DNA of 64,000 nucleotides from Heptranchias perlo (Eukaryota): the NCBI RefSeq assembly GCF_035084215.1, contig NC_090328.1, forward strand, positions 37,324,001 to 37,388,000, in the 5' to 3' direction. How positions within the stretch are numbered: position 1 is the stretch's first letter; the number at the start of each line of letters is the position of its first letter. A program made the translations under genes and the position numbers. The notes under the pieces were generated by a model. That model ran no database searches, had not been told where the DNA came from, and was given only the letters and a program-made list of their open reading frames with translations. This document shows positions 12,161-24,914 of this stretch, piece after piece.

Positions 12161-14402
12161 ATACATATCTGGTGAGGATATGATTGGTCCTGAATATAAT
12201 GTCCTGCTTAGTGTGACTCAACGTCAAGGCTCACATGAACAATGACCATACATGCAAGATACTGGAGGGCAATCACAGCCCAAAGAGCTGTACCCCAGTG
12301 TGTGTCTTTACATTTCAAGAGAAGAAAGAATTGGGTAGCAAATTAAAGAATTTTTAAAAATTGCTCAGAATATTCACCTACAGTAATCGAAAATGTAGCT
12401 TAAAGAAGTTTCTATGAAAAGATTTTGTGCTACAAATATTAACATCTTTATAAGCATACTTTTAAAAATACAATGGAGTACTAAAAAAGGGAAGAGAGTT
12501 TATACATAACAATATAGTGGAATTTGCCTCATTACAGTATACTAATTTAAGAAACCATATTTTTCTCTCCCCCTTTTTGTAAAAGAGCAGGCACAGCACA
12601 ATCAATTTCTTTCACAGCAGCAGGAAGCATAGACTATTTGTATAATAAATAGATGAATCCTTTGAAACAGGGTGCTACTCTGGCAGCAAGAGAGTAGCTT
12701 TTGTTATCAGTTGACGTAAATGGACCTCAATTGTTTGATTTAGAGAGCAAAATGCTTCACTATTCTCAACTATTTAAAATTCTTGTAAAACAGAAACCTA
12801 TTCAATCCAGCAATGTACAAAACTCTGAACTAATCTGGGCCCCATTAAGAGTTATTTAGTACAGAAAATAGTGGACTAAATTTTGCTAAAATAGTGGATC
12901 AAAAGGGATGAATACAAAAAAAATCAAAAAGGAGAGAAATTCCAAGTGCAGTACTTAATAATGGACATAGTCAGCTGTACAAACATGAAAACCTGATCTG
13001 AACCCGATCTCTAAGCTCCAATTATTCTAATATTCTAAATATGCTATATTTCATTTACATGTGATGGCCCCCAAATTACTGGGGAGGCTGGATCTTCAGC
13101 GGGGCAGAACCAGTGATCCTATTGGAAATCCCAGGGTAATTTAAACATTAAGATGGGCGCCAACGCCCTTTTTAGTGCGATTAAAGCGCCTGCTTCACTG
13201 GTTAACTGCATAGCTGACTAGCCTGGCAAATTTTCAATTCACCCCCACCCCCTTAGCAATGCTAAATACCAGGTAGGCACAGGAGTCATTTTCCTCATTT
13301 GCATCCTATTTGTAGGTAAGCATATAATGCCTTTTTTAAAATCTTATACACGGGGGTTTAAACATTGAAATTGAACAGAAGAATACCCAAACTGCCTCAC
13401 ATATGGGGATCATTTTGGAAAATCATAGACTCTGCTCATCCAGGACTGTAATATTTAAATGACAACTTTCCCTCCAGACAGTCCTGGCTCCAATTGCTGA
13501 TTTTAAATCTTTCTTTCCTTGTATTTTAAATCAACAGCGATAGCCTGGACTGAAGCCAGGAAAGAGAGTTGCCAGTTAAGTATCAAAATGTTAGAGGAAC
13601 ACAGCAAAGGTTGATGGCAACACCCGATAAGAATGCACGCCGCTCCTCCGGTGCTGAAGTCGGCAGGGAGAGTTGCCATTTAAGGATAGTCACACTTTCA
13701 CTTTTGCACTGATGCAAAGTGGTTTTGGCTTTGTAGTGATAATATAATTCTGGAATCAGGTCTCCACCGGAGGCTGAGCTGGGCTCCAGCAATGAGAGGA
13801 AAGAGAGGATTGAGTGGAGACAGTTGGGCATTGCGTGACAGACATGGGCCAAGGCCCATCAGAACAGGAGGCCTTGAGAAGCAGGGAAGGTGAAGGCCGA
13901 CAGTTGGTGAGATGCAAGAATGAAAAGCAAAGCAGAGGTACATGAATGAGGGGGTAGCTACAACATGGTAGCGGAGGCTGGAGCTACGATTGTGGAATGG
14001 GTAATTGTCATGACAGCTGAAAGGGGTCTGAAAATAAGTTGAGTGGATTAATTCAAAAACAACTAACATTGAATGAAAATCAGAAAGTTTAGACATAAGC
14101 TAAACCAATTTAAAAAGCTGAAGTTGAGGGTTCAGACAAAAAGTTATGTAGATAGACAGAAATAACATTTTGATGGGGGGGGGGGGGGAAATATTTTTAC
14201 TGAAACACAAGGCCATTTTTGGGCTTCAAGTACTCCTTAGCTGTAACTTTCACTACAATATTCTTTATTAACAATATTGTTGAAGATGGGGATTTACAAC
14301 AATAAATGCTAAAAATAAAACTGAACATAACAAAAAGAAAAACAGAAAATACAGCATTCATAGTTTTTCTTTATACTTTAAAAACATGTTAGTTTTCCTT
14401 AC

Positions 14403-14437
14403 CTATTCTGGCACATTTCCAAAATATCCCCAGAAGT
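14403..14437 (-). CDS. TMEM167A: TMEM167A coding exon 3 (35 nt): (G)LLGIFWKCARI(G)
   Basis: Flanked by atttgttttccag| and |gtaagg. Phases match exons 2 and 4, and it carries the kish GIFWKCARIGER motif. Confidence 0.97.
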
Positions 14438-16094
14438 CTGGAAAACAAATAATAAGTTTGGAAAAAAATCTATTGTTGAGAAAATCTGAATGATTACAGT
14501 TTTAATGAATTTTAGATTTGACACTATTTGGGAAGGGAGAAATGGTAAGGTACTTTACACAAAGTATTCTTCATCTTATGTAGGTTCCGAAACAGTCTAG
14601 CAATATACAAAATTAACTCTTCTGTGAAGAACTCCTCTATAGTTTTGTGCAGAATGAAATTCCTGACAGACAGGTCTGCACTGAAGGACCATTATGGGAA
14701 ATGTACACCAAGAATTGCTCACTCTAATACATCATGAATTAAAAACATCAAATGGGAGTTTTGTTCCTGCAACCAAATAGAAATTTATATATTTTAAATA
14801 TATAAAAATCAAGGAGCTGGTTATAAATTACATAGAAAGTACATGGAGTATAAACAAGATCTTTGTTTAGTGATGGCACCATGACAATAGTACATTTGTT
14901 GGATGGGTTTACTGATGGAAAGAAGTGTCAAGAACTGCCAAATTAAAATTTCAGATTCATTAGTGTGATATGCAGTTCCATAATCAACAATGACACTTCA
15001 GAGAGTTGGAGGAAATGGAAGTAGACACACTCAATCTGCCAAACTAAGGCATGAAATAAATATCAGGTTAGATTCATTAACTCCATATTCATCTGAAATC
15101 AGGCTATGAAACACAAAAAAAATGGATTTAGAGAATGCTAATTTATGGCAAAATATATCTACTGCTTAAGTCACACCCCCATATTCATTTCAGATCTTTC
15201 AGGCACAAAGGACGCACTTTAATGGGGAATTCTTCTATAAATTGAGATGTTGTTTTAAAATCTACAAATTAACATTTTTGATTGTCTCTTTCCTATTCAT
15301 TTTAGATGAATACACAATGCACATGCTTAAAGATACAGAATCATGGAAGGTTTTGATTGTAATTAACAGGGAAACTTGAGTGGTTTAAGAACATCTGAAT
15401 CCTAAAACGTAATAGGCTTAAAAGTCTTTTTAACACTCGTTGCGATAAAATGAAAACAGCACTTTTAGTGAAACTATTATATTGAATATTGAGAGACTGT
15501 TGGTGTCAATGTAGAATATTGTCACATGATAGGAGATATTCTGTACCTCAAGAATTAGAAGGCAATTACATTTTTTTTTTAGTGCCCATTTTTCATATTA
15601 TAGCTTCGTGCTGAGTGACAAAGGACTTCACATGATACTAGGTTATGAGGAAGGAATTCACAATGCTCCATAGAATACAAATGAGAGATTGATTTGTAAT
15701 TGGAGTAAGTTTTTCTCAGAATTTTTCTCCACTATCCTGATCTCTCATTTTTCCGACAGCTGACCAGTTTTCAGGCCTCCAACGTGCTGCTCAGAACCAG
15801 CTGCTTGGAGATTTGGAAATATCTCCTTCCTCGCTAGGTAGTGCTTGGGCTCAGCTAGCCCTCTTTCTCCTGTGACAAAACTGAAATAAGAAATTCAAAG
15901 TGGGAAAAGATATTGTGGGTTACCTATACCATTGTGATACAATATAAAAGATGAACGATAATTGGGGGAGGGGAGAAAAACATGTGTATCAAATTTAATT
16001 AAAATGAATGACTATTAAACTTTGCTATAGAGTAATTAATAATCATGTTCTAACAAACTTGGTAAATTAAAAGTTATATTTTTACTGAGAATGA

Positions 16095-16230
16095 TAGATT
16101 TTTGCCAGACAAGGGTATTAAGGGTTACGGTACCAAAGTGGGTAGATGGAGTTAAGATACCAATCAGGCACGATCTAACTGAATGGCAGAATAGGCTTGA
16201 GGGGCTGAATGGTCTACTCCTATACCTATG
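16095..16230 (+). mobile_element. CR1 3' UTR fragment
   Basis: ggcttgaggggctgaatggtctactcctatacctatg tail, shared with the CR1 ends at 18840 and 59940. Confidence 0.75.
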
Positions 16231-18835
16231 ATATGTCCAATTACCTTCAGGCTCCCCATATGTTTAAAACAATCTAATTACCACAGTGCACCTTATTATC
16301 AGCAAGCTACCCAAGATTAAATCCTATTTAAAATAAAACATGAATTAGCAAAAGTTAGAGGGGCAGGCAAGGAACAGGCGATTGCTTGTAAGGATTGTAA
16401 ACAATTAATTTTATTTTTTAAAAAACTGGTGAACTTTGGTTTTACATTACAGATTGCAAAGAATTATTTTTCCTCGAGTTTCTCTAAAAGACAAACAAAA
16501 AGTCTGACTTAAAAGGCTGAAGAGCCTGGCTATTATTTAGTCATAAAATAGAAAAGCAAGTTCCTTCCCAATGATTTTAACAATAATATTTTACTTAGTG
16601 TAACATTTTTTAAGGATGGATTTTAAATCTTTCACTTGAAAACTTCCCTATTCATTTTCAAATCTTCACTATATGTTTATAGCTAGGAACTACTTTGTTC
16701 ATTCATTTAAAAAAATCGGAAGAATCTACAGATCACAAAGGGGTGGCCAGGCCATTAAGCCTTCATATTGTACTCAAGAGACTATACTGGAACCATTTGT
16801 TCAACTGTATAAAGCTCTATTTTACTTCCTTGAGACTGTAGAGATGACAAGATTTTTTTTGAAAGAGTTAGATCTTTGTTACTAGAATTATAAGATTGTT
16901 AAGTATGTTTGCTTCTGATATAAAATTAATACTATTATGAGGGATCAGGATTGCTTGTTAAAAATGTTTATGATCTTTCCACACATTTATGAATGGCACA
17001 TCATTGTCTTATATCTTTAAAACTCCTAAATGAGTACTTTTTAAAAATCTGTCAGAAGTAATTTGGTGAAGTACCTCATGAAATTAATAGCAGAGGTGAC
17101 GACTCATGGGGTCAGTGAAGTAGCAAAGTAGTTTGAAAAATGGCTAGACAAGAAAACAGGGCAATTATAAAAAGGGTTATTTTTGGAGATGAGAGAAGCA
17201 GCTCACAGCATTCCTCAGGAAAACAATCCTTTGACTTCTATATATTTTTTTGGAGTCACCTCAATGAGGGAACTTAAATTATTTAGGGTCATAACATTCT
17301 ATAAGTTAGCAAATACTTATTACAGGCACGTGTTATTCAATAGGATTTAATGGGGAGAGAAAAGTAAAACTATATCAAACCAATTTACATTCACACAACT
17401 CCAGTTCCGGAAAAATGGAACACTGTTCCATTTTTGCTACTCAGTGTTGGCAGCAAACACTCCAAGGTTAGGTGCCTCACTGGCCAAATACAGACAAAAC
17501 AAACCTTCTTCCCTGCCCTAAGGACATAACTCACCTCCAACATCAGTAGGATACTCCCTGCTGCACCAGTGTGAATGTTTCCATTTCTCACGTCAGCATT
17601 CCTGAGCCTCTCAGCGAAACTGCCAGTCTGTACCAGATTACAGGCAGTTTTGTGCTATGAAATCATGTCTGCCAGGAACTAGGTTATGACTGTCTAAACT
17701 TAATTTAGGATCTTTGTAGCTGCAGAAACAGCTCCATCAGCTTGGGCTGGATTTAAAGCTTAGTCTCAGAAGGTGAAATGTAAGGGCGTAGTTAAATTAC
17801 ACCCACTGGTTAGACACGGTGCACATGTGTACCGTAAAAAGTTAGCTTTGTACCAGTTGTGGTGTAACAAACTGGTGGAACACTAAATTAGTCTCAGACT
17901 ACCTCCTGATGGTTTCACATTCAAAGCAAAATGTCAAACTGATCCTAGTTTAGCTTCAGTTACATTGCTCACCTCATGTCATACAACATGGTTTCCATGT
18001 TGCAGAGATGCAAGCTGTGCAGGCAGATCTACACTGGAAATGGGCTAACTCCTTCTGCCAGTTTCTTTCTCTCTCCAGATGTAACATTTCAGTTGTGCCT
18101 TCTAATTACTTACAATGCACTATATTTGGTAAGTGCTTATAGTAGCTATGGTTTAATATACTTTCTTGGGTTTCAATGGACAAGTGAGGGAAGCATTTAC
18201 TTGCAACCCCCCAATCTATGGTTAATGTTGCAGCAAACATAACTTTGAAGGCATTTCAAATAGTTACCAGTGTTGAAATCAGTATAAAATGGGATACATC
18301 ATCTACTTAACTGATACAAGTAGGGACGGTAGATCCTCAGAGGTTTGGCTATGTAACATCTGTAAATTCATATTATAATTGTTTACATGTGCTGCATAAA
18401 TGCATTTGTGCCTGTGGTATACCGAGGCAGGTACTTCCACCTTGGGATGAAAAGATTTAGTTCCATGTGGACTGGGCAAGAGATTAAATATCCTTCAGGC
18501 AGATCTGAAATGCCTCTCAGTGACTTGAACCTCCAACCTTGTGGTCTGAAGGAAGAGATTATTCTATTGTTGAACTACACGGTCTTTCCTTTTCTATTCC
18601 TTTAAAGTTCCATCTTTCAGTTCAAGCAAACACTAAACTTCTTATTTTTCCCAAGAAAATGTTGAGATCTAATGATGTTAAATTAGAGGTACAACTTAAT
18701 ACTAAGTCAGGGCATAAATCAGGGCCTAGGAGCAGGTTGCTTGACAGTGTGATTGGGGCTGGTATGAGAAAATTGGAGAATCCTACAGAATTCGAGGTGC
18801 CGGTGGACCGCGAGCCAATGTAGGTCGGCAAGCAC

Positions 18836-20640
18836 AGGTTCATGGGAACAGGAGTAGGCCATTTAGCCCCTCGAGCCTGTTCCGCCATTCATTGAGATCA
18901 TGGCTGATCTGTGACTCAACTCCATATACCCGCCTTGGCCCCATATCCCTTAATGTCTTTGGTTAACAAAAATCGATGAATCTCAGATTTAAAATTAACA
19001 ACTGAGCTAGCGTCAAATGCCGTTTACGGAAGAGCGCTCCAAACTTCTACCACCCTTTGCGTGTAGAAGTGTTTCCTAACTTCACTCCTGAAAGTCCTGG
19101 CTCTAATTTTTAAGCTTTGTCCCCAAATCCTACACTCCCCAACCAACAGAAATAGTAACTCCCCACGTACCCTATCAATTCTCCTTACTATCTTGAAAAC
19201 TTTGATCAAATCACCTCTTAACCTTCTAAATTCCAGGGAATAAAACCCTAGTTTGTGTAATCTCTCCTCGTAATTTAGAGCCCAGGTATCATTCTAGTAA
19301 ATCTACGCTGCACTCCCTCCAAGGCCAATATATCCTTCCTGAGGTGCGGCGGCCAGAACTGAATACAGTACTCCAGGTGTGGCTTTGTATAGCTGTAGCA
19401 TAACTTCTACCCTCTTGTATTCTAGTCCTCTAGATATAAAGGCCAGCATTCCATTAGCCTTTTTGATTATTTTCTGTACTTGTCCATGACATTTTAATGA
19501 TCTATGTACATGGACCCTTAAGTCTCTTTGGACCACCACTGTTTTGAGCTTTTCACCATTTAGAAAGCACTCTGATCTATCTTTTTTATGTCCAAAGTGG
19601 ATGACCTCACACTTGCCTACACTGAAATCCATTTGCCACAGTTTTGCCCATTCGCCTAATTCATTAATATCTCTAATTTTGTGCTTCTATCTACACTGCT
19701 TACAATGCTGCCTATCTTTGTGTCATTGGCAAACTTGGATATGTGGCCCTATCCAGTCGTTAATAAATACAATGAATAGTTGAGGCTCCATCAAAGTTCC
19801 CTGTGGGACACCATTAGTCACATCCTGCCAATTTGAATGTCCATTATCCCTACTCTCTGTCTCCTGCCACTCAGCCAATTTCCTAACCAGATCAATAATT
19901 TGCCCTCAATTCCATGAGCTTCAACTTTAGCTAACAGTCTCTTGAGTGATTTTATCGAATGCCTTCTGGAAGTCCATATAAACAACATCCATACACATCC
20001 CCCTGTCCACTACTTTAGTCACCTCTTCAAAAATTTCAATCTGGTTCGTCAGGCATGACCTACCCTTTACAAATTCATGCTGGCTCTCTCTGATCAGCTG
20101 AAAATTTTCAAGGTGTTCAGCCACTCTATTCTTAATTTATAGATTCTAGTAATTTCCCGACAATAGATGTAAGGCTAACTGGTCTATAATTACCTGGTTT
20201 CCTTCTCTCACCTTTCTTAAATAGCTGAGTGACATGTGCAATTTTCCAATCTAAAGGAACTGTTCCGGAATAGAGAACACTTTGGAAGATTATAGATCGA
20301 GCATCTGCAATGTTCTCACCTACTTCCTTTAAAATCCTGGGATGGAAACCCTCTGGTCCTTTGTCACTCTTCAGTGCCATTATTTTCTTCATCACTATTA
20401 ATTTGTTTATGTTAATTATGATGAGTCCCCATCCCTGATTCAAAATTAGTTTCCTTGTGGTGCTCGGCATGCTAGCCTCTTCCTCTACAGTAAATACTGA
20501 TGCAAAGTAATTATTTAACATGTCAGCCATTTCCTCATTTTCATTTACAATATCACCGTTATCCATTTTTAAGGGACCCACGTTGCTCTTGACCACCCTC
20601 TTTTTCCTAATATAATTGTAAAAAAAGTGTTGATTTTGAA
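18836..20640 (-). mobile_element. 5'-truncated CR1 LINE abutting an L2 fragment (18680-18835)
   Basis: ORF 20132-20596 (PGNYRPVSLTS), ORF 19927-20124 (YMDFQKAFDK), ORF 19303-19632 and ORF 19024-19209. Confidence 0.93.
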
Positions 20641-21599
20641 ATCCCTTTCAAGTTGAATGGATTCCTTAAATCAATGTATTAAATCAACAATGTAGTGTTT
20701 CCTCCTTTCAAATGAACAAAATGACAATGTACAGATCTGCTACCCACCAAAACAGCCATCAAAATTATTAATGTGTGTTTGGAGGAGTTAATACAGGCTA
20801 GTTAAGATGTTAAAATGGTATCAACTGTTTACTGATTACTGTTGTCATGAAGTCAATCGAAAAAGGTGAAGCACATCTGTTTCTTAATGCTGCCTAATAG
20901 TTTGTCCTTTCCAAATAAAATTTAAGGTCTGAAGAGTCACATTTGTTCAAAAAATAGCTGAAGATTAAGTCTCAAATGGTTTGCTCAAATGCATGGCTAG
21001 CATATAGATCATTAACAGAAGCCACACCTCCTTATACTGTTGATATCAATAAAGCAAATGCATGATTTGTTACAGTAAAATGGACAACAGCAATACAAAA
21101 GCAAAACACCAGAGAAAAACAGAACAGTAAATCTTTGTTAATTTCAAATAACCATATAGACAAGCACTCAAAACGGTTATCACGTAATGCATTAGTGCCA
21201 CAATGCACTTCACGCAAGAGTTTGTCATTCAGAAAGATTTGCAGTAATAAAGCTTTAGCATATGGTGGATCAAAATAGCTTAAATTGAAGTTTTGCTGTT
21301 GTTGTTACTTGCGGAGCTTCTCCCAGCCATTAAATAGACCTATGCACTTTCAGAAATCACAGTGCAAAATGTGAGACGTTAATTTGGGGATAAACTTGTT
21401 AGGGACAATCCATCATTAGTTAACACTCCAAAGGCCAAAAATTATGAGTCATTAGTGATTATGAACATCCAGTATTCAACGTATTTCTCAAGTATAGCCT
21501 GCAGCATATAGCTATATCATTGCTGAAAATAGTGTTCAAATCAAAAAGACTGTTAATTTCAGTAATTTATTGAACCATCAGGAAATATAGTGTACTTAC

Positions 21600-21709
21600 C
21601 CAGTTTTATTCTTGTCCAGAAAACTGGGAGCTAGGGCCCTGATGTAAGCACAGGTACAAATCAGGAGTAGTAGCACCGTCAGTAGACTCTGAAAATTGAA
21701 AATTGCCGA
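21600..21709 (-). CDS. TMEM167A: TMEM167A coding exon 2 (110 nt): [37 protein letters not shown]
   Basis: Flanked by tatccccacag| and |gtaagt. The translation is recognisably the kish-A N-terminus. Confidence 0.97.
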
Positions 21710-22649
21710 CTGTGGGGATAAAAATTGCAACGAGTCTTACTTGTGTCCTGCTGGAATACAGATTACTGCAAATTCAGACCTTTGAAAAAGTAACAATGCA
21801 AATAAATTAAATGGAATAGGAAAACAGGAACGTTTACACATCTTGGATAAAATGAAAGGTTTGGCTGTGTACTACCATAGCTTCCAGCATCTTCATGAGG
21901 ATTGCAGGAAGCACAAGTTTGAAAAAAAATGATAAAAGCAACCCAAGTGTTTCTCTTGAACCTTACAACGCTCTAGGATCTCATTGAAAGCCACTAACTG
22001 GCCCACACAGTCAAGAGTGAAATCCAACCTACATGCTTTCACTTTCTTCTTAAAAATGTAAACATGGAGTGCATTTCCAAAAATATTTTTATCAAAATAC
22101 TATCAATTAGCCAATCCAACTGTTAAACTTACAGGTACAAATAGGATATAAGATTATAAGCACACCAAATTGTATTTAAAAAGGTATTCTAGTAGTTCAG
22201 CATTTAAATCTTTTATATATCAAAACATACCAAATATATACATCCTACTTTAGTTGCAGGTGAAAGTTTTATAGCTAGACTGTTGGACAGGACTTTGACC
22301 CGTAAAATTAGTATTTTTGTAAATGTACTCACACTATAATGAAAAGAAACAGAAGACATATGGGCAGGGGGGTGCGGGGGGGTGGAGAAATGTGCAACAC
22401 TGATAGGATAGACACGTGACTGCATTTTAGAAATTATGAAGCTATGCCCTACATATCAATTGTCCATGGATTGTGGACATTCAGCTTTAGACCCAGTATC
22501 TGGTTGTCTAGTGTCCAGTCACATCTGGAGTCTTACAAGGATCCATTCCTTACCCTCATCTACTCTTCCTCCTCTGCTGTCCCTAGGTGAAATCAACTGC
22601 AGACACGCAGCCCTACCTCTCCACCCCGACATAGTCGGGCTGCTCGTTT

Positions 22650-24890
22650 GATAACCAGCCATAACATTATCCAGCTAAACACTGGAAAGACCCAATGTTT
22701 GGCCGTCGTCACAAACTCTATCCTTACCATCAACTCCATCTCCCTCCTTTGCCACTGCCTCAAGCTGCACCAGACTGTTTGCCACTTTGGCATCCAACGT
22801 AATCTTGAGCTGAGCTTCGGACCCCATATCCTTTCCACCACACAGAATGCCTGTTTCCACCGTCGTAACATCAACCTCTGTCCCTACTGAGTCCACCTGC
22901 TGCTGAAACCCTAATAGAGGCTTTTGTAATCTCTCAATTCAATTATTTCAACGCTGTCTAGGTCAGCTTTCCATCCGCCATAAACTGATTCGTTCAATAC
23001 TCTGCTGCGCATATCCTATGCTGCAACAAGTCCTAATACTACCATAATAAACAGAAAATGCTGGAAATACTCAGCAAGTCAGGCAGCATTTGTGGAGAAA
23101 GAAACAGAGTTAACGTTTCAGGTTAAAGACCTTTTGTCAGTTCTAATGAAAGGTCTTTGACCAGGAACATTAACGCAGTTTCTTTCCCCACAGGTGCTGC
23201 CTGACTTGCTGAGTATTTCCAGCATTTTCTGTTTTTATTTCTGATTTCCAGCATTTTGCTTCTGTCCTATCACTCGCATCTTGTTGGCTCCCGGGCTGGC
23301 TGCTCCCTCGGCAGCTCCTTTGCTATGCAACTCTATCCTTAGAAATCCGTTGCCATCCTTTGCCCTTTCTCTGCAATCTCCTCTCTTCCACTGTTTGAGT
23401 CCTCCTGGCTCCAATAGTGGCTTCATTTAGCCCTAATTACAAGTTCAAGCTGTTTGCAGCCTTTGACACGGTTGACCACACCATCCTCCTCCAACACCTC
23501 TCCTCTGTCCTCCAGCTGGGTGGGACAGTGTTCGCCTGGTTCCATTCTTATCTATCCAGTCGTAGCCAGAGAATCATCTGCATTGGCTTCTCTTCCTGCT
23601 CAGTTACCCCTGGAGTCCCCCAACGATCTATCCTTGGCCCCCTTCTATTTCTCATCTACATGCTGCCCCTCGGCAACATCATCCGAAAACACGACGTCAG
23701 ATTCCACATGTACGCTGACGACACCCAGCACTACCTCACCACCACCTCTTTCGACCCTGCCACTGTCTCTCACTTGTCCTACATGCAGTACTGGATGAGC
23801 AAATGTTTCCTCCAACTAAATATTGGGAAGACCGAAGCTATTAACTTTGGTCCTGCCGCAAACTCCGTTCCCTAGCCACCGACTCCATCCCCCTCCCTGG
23901 CCACTGTCTAAGGCTGAACCAGACGGTTCACAACCATGGCGTCCTATTTGATTGAGATGAGCTTCGGACCAACGCTGCTGAAACCCTCATTTATGCTTTT
24001 GTTACCTCTAGACTCGACTCTTTTAATGCTCTCCTGGCTGGCCTCCCATCTTCCACCCTCCATAAACGCGAGCTCTTCCAAAACGCTGCCCGTACCCTAA
24101 CTCACACCAACTCTCGTTCACGCATCACCCCTGTGCTCGCTGACCTACATTTGCTCCCGGTTCGGGAACGCTTCGATTTTAAAATTCGCATCCTTGTTTT
24201 CAAATCCCTCCATGGCCTTGCCCCTCCCAAGCTCTGTAACCTCCTCCAGCCCTACAACCCTTTGAGATCTCTGCGCTCCTGCAATTCTTGCCTCTTGCGC
24301 ATCCCTGATTTTAATCGCACCACTATTGGCGGCTGTGCCTTCAGCTACCTAGGCCCTAAGCTCTGTAATTCCCTCCCTAAACCTCTCCACCCCCCTCGCT
24401 TCCTTTAAGACGCTCCTTAAAACCTACCTCTTTGACCAAGCTTTTGGTCACCTGTCCTATTATCTCACGTGGCTTGGTGTCAAATTTTGTTTGAAAAATC
24501 GCTCCTGTGAAGTGCCTTGGGACATTTTACTATGTTAAAGGCGCTATATAAATGCAAGTTGTTGATGACATATCTTAGCTCCCAGCCCCCCAACAACTTA
24601 CATTTATGATTAAATCCCTCCATGGCCTTATCAGTCCCTATTTCTGTAAGCCTTTCTAGCCTCACCCCCCTCCAAATTCTTTGGCCTGAATTGGCCATTG
24701 TATGGAATTCCCTCCCTAAATCCCGTTGCCTCTCCACCAGGACCTCTCTTAAAACTCACCTCTTTATCCAAACTTTTGATCACTTCTCCAAATGACTTCT
24801 TTAGCTCAGCAAGTGTTCTTATTGACACCCCTGAAGCACCTAGGGATGTTTTACTGCATTAAAAAGGCACTATGTAAATGCAAGTTGGCA
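22650..24890 (+). mobile_element. Cluster of L2 LINE fragments (22650-23040, 23450-24565, 24590-24890)
   Basis: ORF 23417-23875 (AAFDTVDH...GVPQRSILGP...YADDTQ), ORF 24133-24408, and two L2 3' tails. Confidence 0.9.
23049..23260. mobile_element. Palindromic non-autonomous Penelope-type element (two inverted pLTR halves)
   Basis: aaacagaaaatgctggaaatactcagcaagtcaggcagca (23049) is the exact reverse complement of the arm ending at 23234. Degenerate hammerhead cores flank the centre. Confidence 0.75.
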
Positions 24891-24914
24891 CTCTTAAAAT
24901 GCATGCAAGAGAAC

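Noticed and set aside
17816-17835. Near-palindrome acggtgcacatgtgtaccgt and similar short hairpins (for example around 12674-12698)
   Set aside because: They are short and isolated, which is compatible with chance in 64 kb.
14438-21599. SCARNA18 (U109) H/ACA RNA, which is hosted in a TMEM167A intron in human
   Set aside because: I looked for a U1-complementary pocket (CAGG...AGUAU) with a correctly spaced ACA box and found none. An Infernal/Rfam search of all three introns would decide this.
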